Below are positions 28,245 through 32,000 of a stretch of 32,000 nt of DNA, one piece after another. A model generated the notes under the pieces. That model did not search any database and was not told the DNA's origin. It saw only the letters and a program-made list of their open reading frames with translations. Every line of letters starts with the position of its first letter. The first letter of the stretch is position 1. A program made the translations under genes and the position numbers. Source of the stretch: Candidatus Saccharimonadota bacterium (GTDB lineage Archaea > Nanohalarchaeota > Nanosalinia > Nanosalinales > Nanosalinaceae); assembly GCA_001761425.1 (NCBI GenBank), contig CP012986.1, positions 1-32,000 on the forward strand. Reading direction: 5' to 3'.

Positions 28245-28280
28245 TCAGTTTTGGTTTGGTCTTCCCAGGTTTTTATAGTT

Positions 28281-29411
28281 CTAGTAGAAGGTGGTTTCCT
28301 GCCTTACATCGGTGTTTTTGAGGAGTTCCTGTGTTATTCTGTATTCTTCGGGTTCCATGCCGTAGGCATAGGCTTTGTCTTGATTTACTCCGGGGTGAGG
28401 TTCTCCCATGGTAATGGTCTGGTTGAATATGTTTGAGATGAAGGTGGCCTGGAATGGCTGGTATTGGGTCTCTGAGATCGGTGTGTTTTCCTCCGGTATC
28501 CGGATGACTGTTGTTTTGTTTTTGTTGAGTTTTTTGGTGAGTGTTTCGTCGCCCTGGATCTTTACCGATGTGTAAGGCCCTGTTCTGTTGTCTACTGCCA
28601 GTTTTCCTTCAGATGTTATACCGTAGTCCGGTACTTCAGGCCCTATTTCAAGCAGGATCCTGTGGTTTCCACGTTTCAGTATATGTGTCCCGTTATCCAG
28701 CTCTACGTCTGTGTACGTGAGCGGGTCCTGTCCTTCAAGCTTCAGGGTTTTATCTCCGACAGAGATTTTTTCCTCTCCTCTTCCGACTATATAGAGGCTT
28801 TTGTTCGTGTAGTATGCTATCTGTATAGGCCTGATCTGGAAGTCAGATAGTCTTTTGTCGTAGTATTCTGCTCTTTTGAGGTACTGCCTGATTTCGTTCC
28901 AGGCACTTCTGTTCTGTCTTATATTTTTTACAGATCCTGTCTCCTGTGCCAGAGTCATCCAGTCCGCGAAGTAGTTCAGGAATCTTCCAGGCCTGATACT
29001 GTCACATAGTTCCCCGTAACTGAATGAGTTAGGACAGTTTTCAAGGTAAAGGCCTTCCTGACTGAGGTTTTCCTCACTGCTTTCGATGTTTTCCAGGAAC
29101 AGTCTCTGGGTGTATGATATGTCGTAGAGAGCTTTTCCAGCAACTTTTATCCTGTGTGAAAACGTCTCCCCCTCGACTTTATGACCTAAGGCCTCTATCT
29201 GCGGACCCGATAACTTCGAATCATTGGCATTATCTTCAAGTATCTGGAAGGCCTCAGCCGGTTTATCAGCACTGTTGAGATCGTTCGACATCGAATTGAT
29301 CTCCTGTAAGGCCTGCCGTGAGTCTGTCTCGTAGTTGAAGGCGAAAAATGAGGTGATCATGTATACTACACTTACCATGATCAGGCCTTTCGTCAGATTT
29401 TCATAGCTCAT
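28281..29411 (-). CDS. Hypothetical protein with an N-terminal membrane anchor and a large extracytoplasmic domain (376 aa)
   Basis: A single N-terminal TM helix (GLIMVSVVYMITSFFAF) is followed by a helical region and a beta-rich C-terminal region. No motif recognised. It is less acidic than neighbouring secreted proteins. Confidence 0.65.
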   Translation of the reverse strand: MSYENLTKGLIMVSVVYMITSFFAFNYETDSRQALQEINSMSNDLNSADKPAEAFQILEDNANDSKLSGPQIEALGHKVEGETFSHRIKVAGKALYDISYTQRLFLENIESSEENLSQEGLYLENCPNSFSYGELCDSIRPGRFLNYFADWMTLAQETGSVKNIRQNRSAWNEIRQYLKRAEYYDKRLSDFQIRPIQIAYYTNKSLYIVGRGEEKISVGDKTLKLEGQDPLTYTDVELDNGTHILKRGNHRILLEIGPEVPDYGITSEGKLAVDNRTGPYTSVKIQGDETLTKKLNKNKTTVIRIPEENTPISETQYQPFQATFISNIFNQTITMGEPHPGVNQDKAYAYGMEPEEYRITQELLKNTDVRQETTFY

Positions 29412-29511
29412 AACTTAAACAATATTCTTTTCCGGGATAAAAAAGTATGTAGAAAGTTCACCACATTCTTCCTAGAACCTGTTCGAACTAACTCCTCTTA
29501 GAAGAGTGATT

Positions 29512-29530
29512 CTCTATGTGAGTTTGCCGG
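29512..29530 (-). repeat. Copy of the last 6 nt of tRNA-Leu plus its 3' flank
   Basis: CTCT-ATGTGAGTTTGCCGG (29512-29530) compares with CTCTGTATGTGAGTTTGCCGG (29666-29686). Confidence 0.6.
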
Positions 29531-29578
29531 CGCATCTTCCTTTTCAGGAAGTTGCTCTCAGCAATTTTCTGTAGAAAA

Positions 29579-29595
29579 TTGCCGGGGAAGAGATT
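29579..29595 (-). repeat. Copy of the 3'-terminal ~16 nt of tRNA-Leu
   Basis: TTGCCGGGGAAGAGATT at 29579-29595 is identical to 29680-29696, the tRNA 3' acceptor and T-stem strand. Confidence 0.6.
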
Positions 29596-29631
29596 AATGA
29601 ACGAACTCCCAGAAGCAGTTCACAGTTCTAT

Positions 29632-29653
29632 AAGGCCTGCATTTGCAGGCCTT
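29632..29653. repeat. Perfect 22-bp palindrome containing two AGGCCT sites
   Basis: AAGGCCTGCA-tt-TGCAGGCCTT has 10-bp arms. It lies about 30 nt downstream of the tRNA-Leu 3' end and may be a terminator hairpin or a protein-binding site. Confidence 0.7.
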
Positions 29654-29680
29654 TAGATGATCAAACTCTGTATGTGAGTT

Positions 29681-29763
<83 letters not shown>

Positions 29764-29913
29764 GTTTTAGATGATGTTTCCGGGGCTTGAAGACGTTTAA
29801 CTTCTTCTGCTCCAGCAAATCTCTCGATTCGCGGGTTGGCAATCTTTTGTTTTCCCCGGTGTTATGGTTTAACTGACTTGAGAAGAGTTAAAAGTTGTCG
29901 TTACGGAGATTTT

Positions 29914-30762
29914 TCAGGCACTGGCTTTCCTGTTTATTCTCTGTTCGTAGGTTTCTGGCAGGTGCTGGGTGAATGATTGGGCGAGGCTGTTCCACTGGCT
30001 TGTGATGTCGTCGATGTCTCTTTCCACTCCTTCGTACGTGGATTCGACGGGTCTCAGGCCGTATTTGATTCCTATTTCGAGAGGTTTCAGTTCGTCTTTT
30101 TCCTGTTTGAGCTGTTGGAAGGCCTGTTTTACTGTTTCCTGTTTCTGTTTGATTGTTTCCCATTCCTGGTAGATTTTCTGTGCTGTTGTCTGTATCTGCT
30201 GGTCTATGAGTTCGCTGTTGTCCGGTAGGTGGTATTCTGTTTCTTCTACTGTTTTTTCACCGTTTTCTATTTTTCTCAGGTCTTCTAGGTAGTCTCTCAT
30301 GGCGTGTATTTTCAGTTCTTTTCCTTCTCTGAGGCCTTCGAGTTCTTCAAGAGTGGCAGGTATATCAAGTTCGTGTTTTACGGGTTTGAGGCCTTTTTCC
30401 TGTCTGTATCTCTGGTAGAGGTGTTCTGCTTCTTTCATTGCTGTGTTTTTCTCTGTGTCGAGGTGTTTTTTGTGGTCGAGAAGGTCTGGTTTGTGTGCTT
30501 CAAGGCCTCTGTTTTCTCCGTAGTTCTTTTTTGTAGGGTTTTCCAGCGGTCTGAGCGTTTTTCGGAAGTTGGTGTTTTCTGCTTTGAAGTATACTCTTTT
30601 CTTTGAGAGGTCTCTGTAGTCTCTGTGGAGCTGTTCTATTTCTTCTTCCGGTTCTCTGTCGTCTTGAAGGCTCTGTTCTACCTGTGTGATGGTTTCTGTG
30701 AGCTGTTCTACGTGTTCTGCAGCTTCCTTGTTGAACTGGTCTATCTGTTCTTCTGGCTCCAC
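29914..30762 (-). CDS. Coiled-coil hypothetical protein (282 aa, Glu/Lys/Gln-rich)
   Basis: A long ORF with heptad-like charged helical sequence throughout. GTG start. Directly downstream of the A2/B2 membrane pair on the same strand. Confidence 0.6.
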   Translation of the reverse strand: MEPEEQIDQFNKEAAEHVEQLTETITQVEQSLQDDREPEEEIEQLHRDYRDLSKKRVYFKAENTNFRKTLRPLENPTKKNYGENRGLEAHKPDLLDHKKHLDTEKNTAMKEAEHLYQRYRQEKGLKPVKHELDIPATLEELEGLREGKELKIHAMRDYLEDLRKIENGEKTVEETEYHLPDNSELIDQQIQTTAQKIYQEWETIKQKQETVKQAFQQLKQEKDELKPLEIGIKYGLRPVESTYEGVERDIDDITSQWNSLAQSFTQHLPETYEQRINRKASA

Positions 30763-30816
30763 CGGTAGAAGTTTGTTGTGATTAAAATGTTATAATGTTC
30801 TCTGGTGTACATGTTT

Positions 30817-31158
30817 CTAGTTCTGTTTTGTTACTTTCTGCAGTGTGTATGGGAAGTATGTGAGGCCTGTCATGCCTAGTGGGTAGAGTATTCGGGCTAA
30901 TGTGGCTGCTGTGTTGTTTTCTGTTGCCATGCCGTAGATTTCGAGTGTGAAGATGAGGACGAGGATTAGGCTTGATGCTGCGAGTGTTTTGAAGGCCTTG
31001 AGTGCCTGGTCTTTGAGGAAGAATTTTGCTATGGCTGTTTCTCTGTCTTTTTCCATGTTTTTGACGATTCTGTAGTAGAAGATGGTCATGCAGAGATAGA
31101 TTGTTCCTCCTATTATCCCTAGTATTATGAATCCTGCGTTTACTGTGGCTTGTTCCAT
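30817..31158 (-). CDS. Small 3-TM membrane protein, type B, copy 2
   Basis: Paralogue of 27595-27924 (FFLK..KAFK motif). It starts 2 nt after the stop of 31160-31480. Confidence 0.7.
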   Translation of the reverse strand: MEQATVNAGFIILGIIGGTIYLCMTIFYYRIVKNMEKDRETAIAKFFLKDQALKAFKTLAASSLILVLIFTLEIYGMATENNTAATLARILYPLGMTGLTYFPYTLQKVTKQN

Positions 31159-31159
31159 T

Positions 31160-31480
31160 TTAGAATCGCCTCCACCATCTTGCCATTACTGTGATTGTTA
31201 CTGTTCCCTGGATTACTGTTACTGTTCTTCCTATCAGTATTCCTGTTTCTCTGAATCCCATAAACATTCCTGTGCCGAGTATGAGAAGGCCTAGGGCCTG
31301 TATTGCGTGGGCGTATGTCAGGGCCCTAAATTCTCTGTATGTTTTGTCTGTTTGAAGCCTCATCTTTGTCATGAATGTTTTACCTGATTCCTCGAGGCCT
31401 CTGTATATGAGAAGTGCTACTGTCCCTGCTACGGCTGTGACCGATGCCATCGATACTAGGAGCAGGTGGTATCCTTCCAT
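31160..31480 (-). CDS. Small 3-TM membrane protein, type A, copy 2
   Basis: Paralogue of 27921-28244 (TKMRL, LGTG and C-terminal RWW motifs). Confidence 0.7.
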   Translation of the reverse strand: MEGYHLLLVSMASVTAVAGTVALLIYRGLEESGKTFMTKMRLQTDKTYREFRALTYAHAIQALGLLILGTGMFMGFRETGILIGRTVTVIQGTVTITVMARWWRRF

Positions 31481-31550
31481 GAGATCATTTTTGGTTTCTG
31501 GAGTTATAACAGTTAAAAAAAGAAGAACAGAGACGAGTAGCTTCCTTCAG

Positions 31551-31736
31551 CTATGCCTGTTTCTCTGAGTAAGCTGTGAACGCCGATGAGAAAAAGCCCG
31601 CGAACGCGACTGCGTAAAGCGCCCATACCAGGTCATCAGTCGGGATTAACGTGCTTACAGCGTACGTTGCTATCACCGAGATGAACAGGGAAATGACAGC
31701 ATGTATCAGAACATCCTTTGCAACATCTTCGTCCAT
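31551..31736 (-). CDS. Small 2-TM membrane protein (61 aa)
   Basis: An ATG ORF with two hydrophobic helices. An AAATATAAG TATA-like box lies about 30 nt upstream, consistent with a leaderless-style transcript. Confidence 0.45.
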   Translation of the reverse strand: MDEDVAKDVLIHAVISLFISVIATYAVSTLIPTDDLVWALYAVAFAGFFSSAFTAYSEKQA

Positions 31737-31941
31737 GAAAAAGTTTTACAAAAAACTTAACTTATATTTTTCCCAACTGACTCTTTTTCTAGCTTTCTAC
31801 ATAAGGCCTGTCCAGGTTTCCTGTACCAGGGATTTTCTTCTGACATTTTCAAAAAGTTTCCCGGATGTAGTATCTGTGGTTCAAGGCCTGTCTGAAGGTG
31901 TTGAAAAAGGGGGTTGAGGCCTTGGAGTAGGAAATGGGGGT

Positions 31942-32000
31942 TCAGTAGTTTTTGAGTTCTGTTTCGAACTCGTCTAGGTCTTTCTGTAGCTGTTCGATGG
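31942..32000 (-). CDS. 3' end of a further coiled-coil-type ORF running off the window (partial)
   Basis: The minus strand reads ..IEQLQKDLDEFETELKNY-stop (TGA at 31942-31944). The composition resembles 29914-30762. Only 19 codons are visible. Confidence 0.3.
   Translation of the reverse strand, partial: IEQLQKDLDEFETELKNY

Noticed and set aside
27662-28436. Plus-strand ORFs 27662-27988 and 28236-28436
   Set aside because: They are antisense to the paralogue-supported A1/B1 genes and the 376-aa gene. No independent support.
27595-29680. Calling the segment downstream of tRNA-Leu an integrated provirus or mobile element
   Set aside because: Only att-like tRNA fragments are visible. There is no integrase, replication or capsid gene, no distal full att repeat, and AGGCCT density here is native-like. 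I kept it as a hypothesis in the findings, not as a feature.
29888-30606. ORFs 29888-30163 (-), 29969-30172, 29977-30228 and 30304-30606 (+)
   Set aside because: They are out of frame with, or antisense to, the 282-aa coiled-coil gene. The Phe/Cys/Leu-rich products are the mirror image of its purine-rich codons.

Overview
This is a 32-kb window of a compact archaeal chromosome. The predicted proteome is strongly acidic, as in salt-in halophiles, and I estimate G+C in the mid-40s % (not computed). The gene content and divergent rRNA best fit a small-genome DPANN/Nanohaloarchaeota-like halophile, but this is inference and needs a database search.

Left end: a 5'-truncated 16S rRNA (1-1376) and a 23S rRNA (~3340-6290) that do not form a simple operon. 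About 2 kb separates them, holding a type IV pilin-like gene, a membrane-protein gene and an inverted, intron-containing tRNA-Ala(UGC). No 5S follows the 23S.

Middle (6.6-20.7 kb): housekeeping and envelope genes. These include an alkaline-phosphatase-superfamily enzyme, Sec61-beta, tRNA-Arg(UCU), an agmatinase-family ureohydrolase, a GT-C-like membrane glycosyltransferase, ArgRS, tRNA-Phe, a transglutaminase-like protein, deoxyhypusine synthase and an NAD-binding epimerase-like protein. There are also many small acidic hypothetical proteins and a local family of 4-TM membrane modules.

Right (20.7-32 kb): two tandem Methanococcus-type S-layer paralogues (1213 and 801 aa), then a ~700-bp repeat-rich intergenic region. 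Beyond that lies a block of uncharacterised membrane and coiled-coil genes, with a duplicated two-gene small-membrane-protein module on both sides of tRNA-Leu(UAA).

The most striking signal is at the DNA-word level. The palindrome AGGCCT occurs roughly 120 times by eye, against about 6 expected by chance. It appears in all codon phases and in intergenic DNA, yet is absent from 16S, from the centre of S-layer gene 1 and from all of S-layer gene 2.

Other oddities:
- tRNA-Arg(UCU) carries the G3:U70 alanine identity pair.
- tRNA-Leu and tRNA-Arg have partial 3'-end copies next to them.
- A perfect SD plus ATG-TGA start-stop lies in frame upstream of argS.
- The 16S decoding centre carries substitutions.

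I saw no CRISPR array, transposase, integrase or recognisable defence gene.
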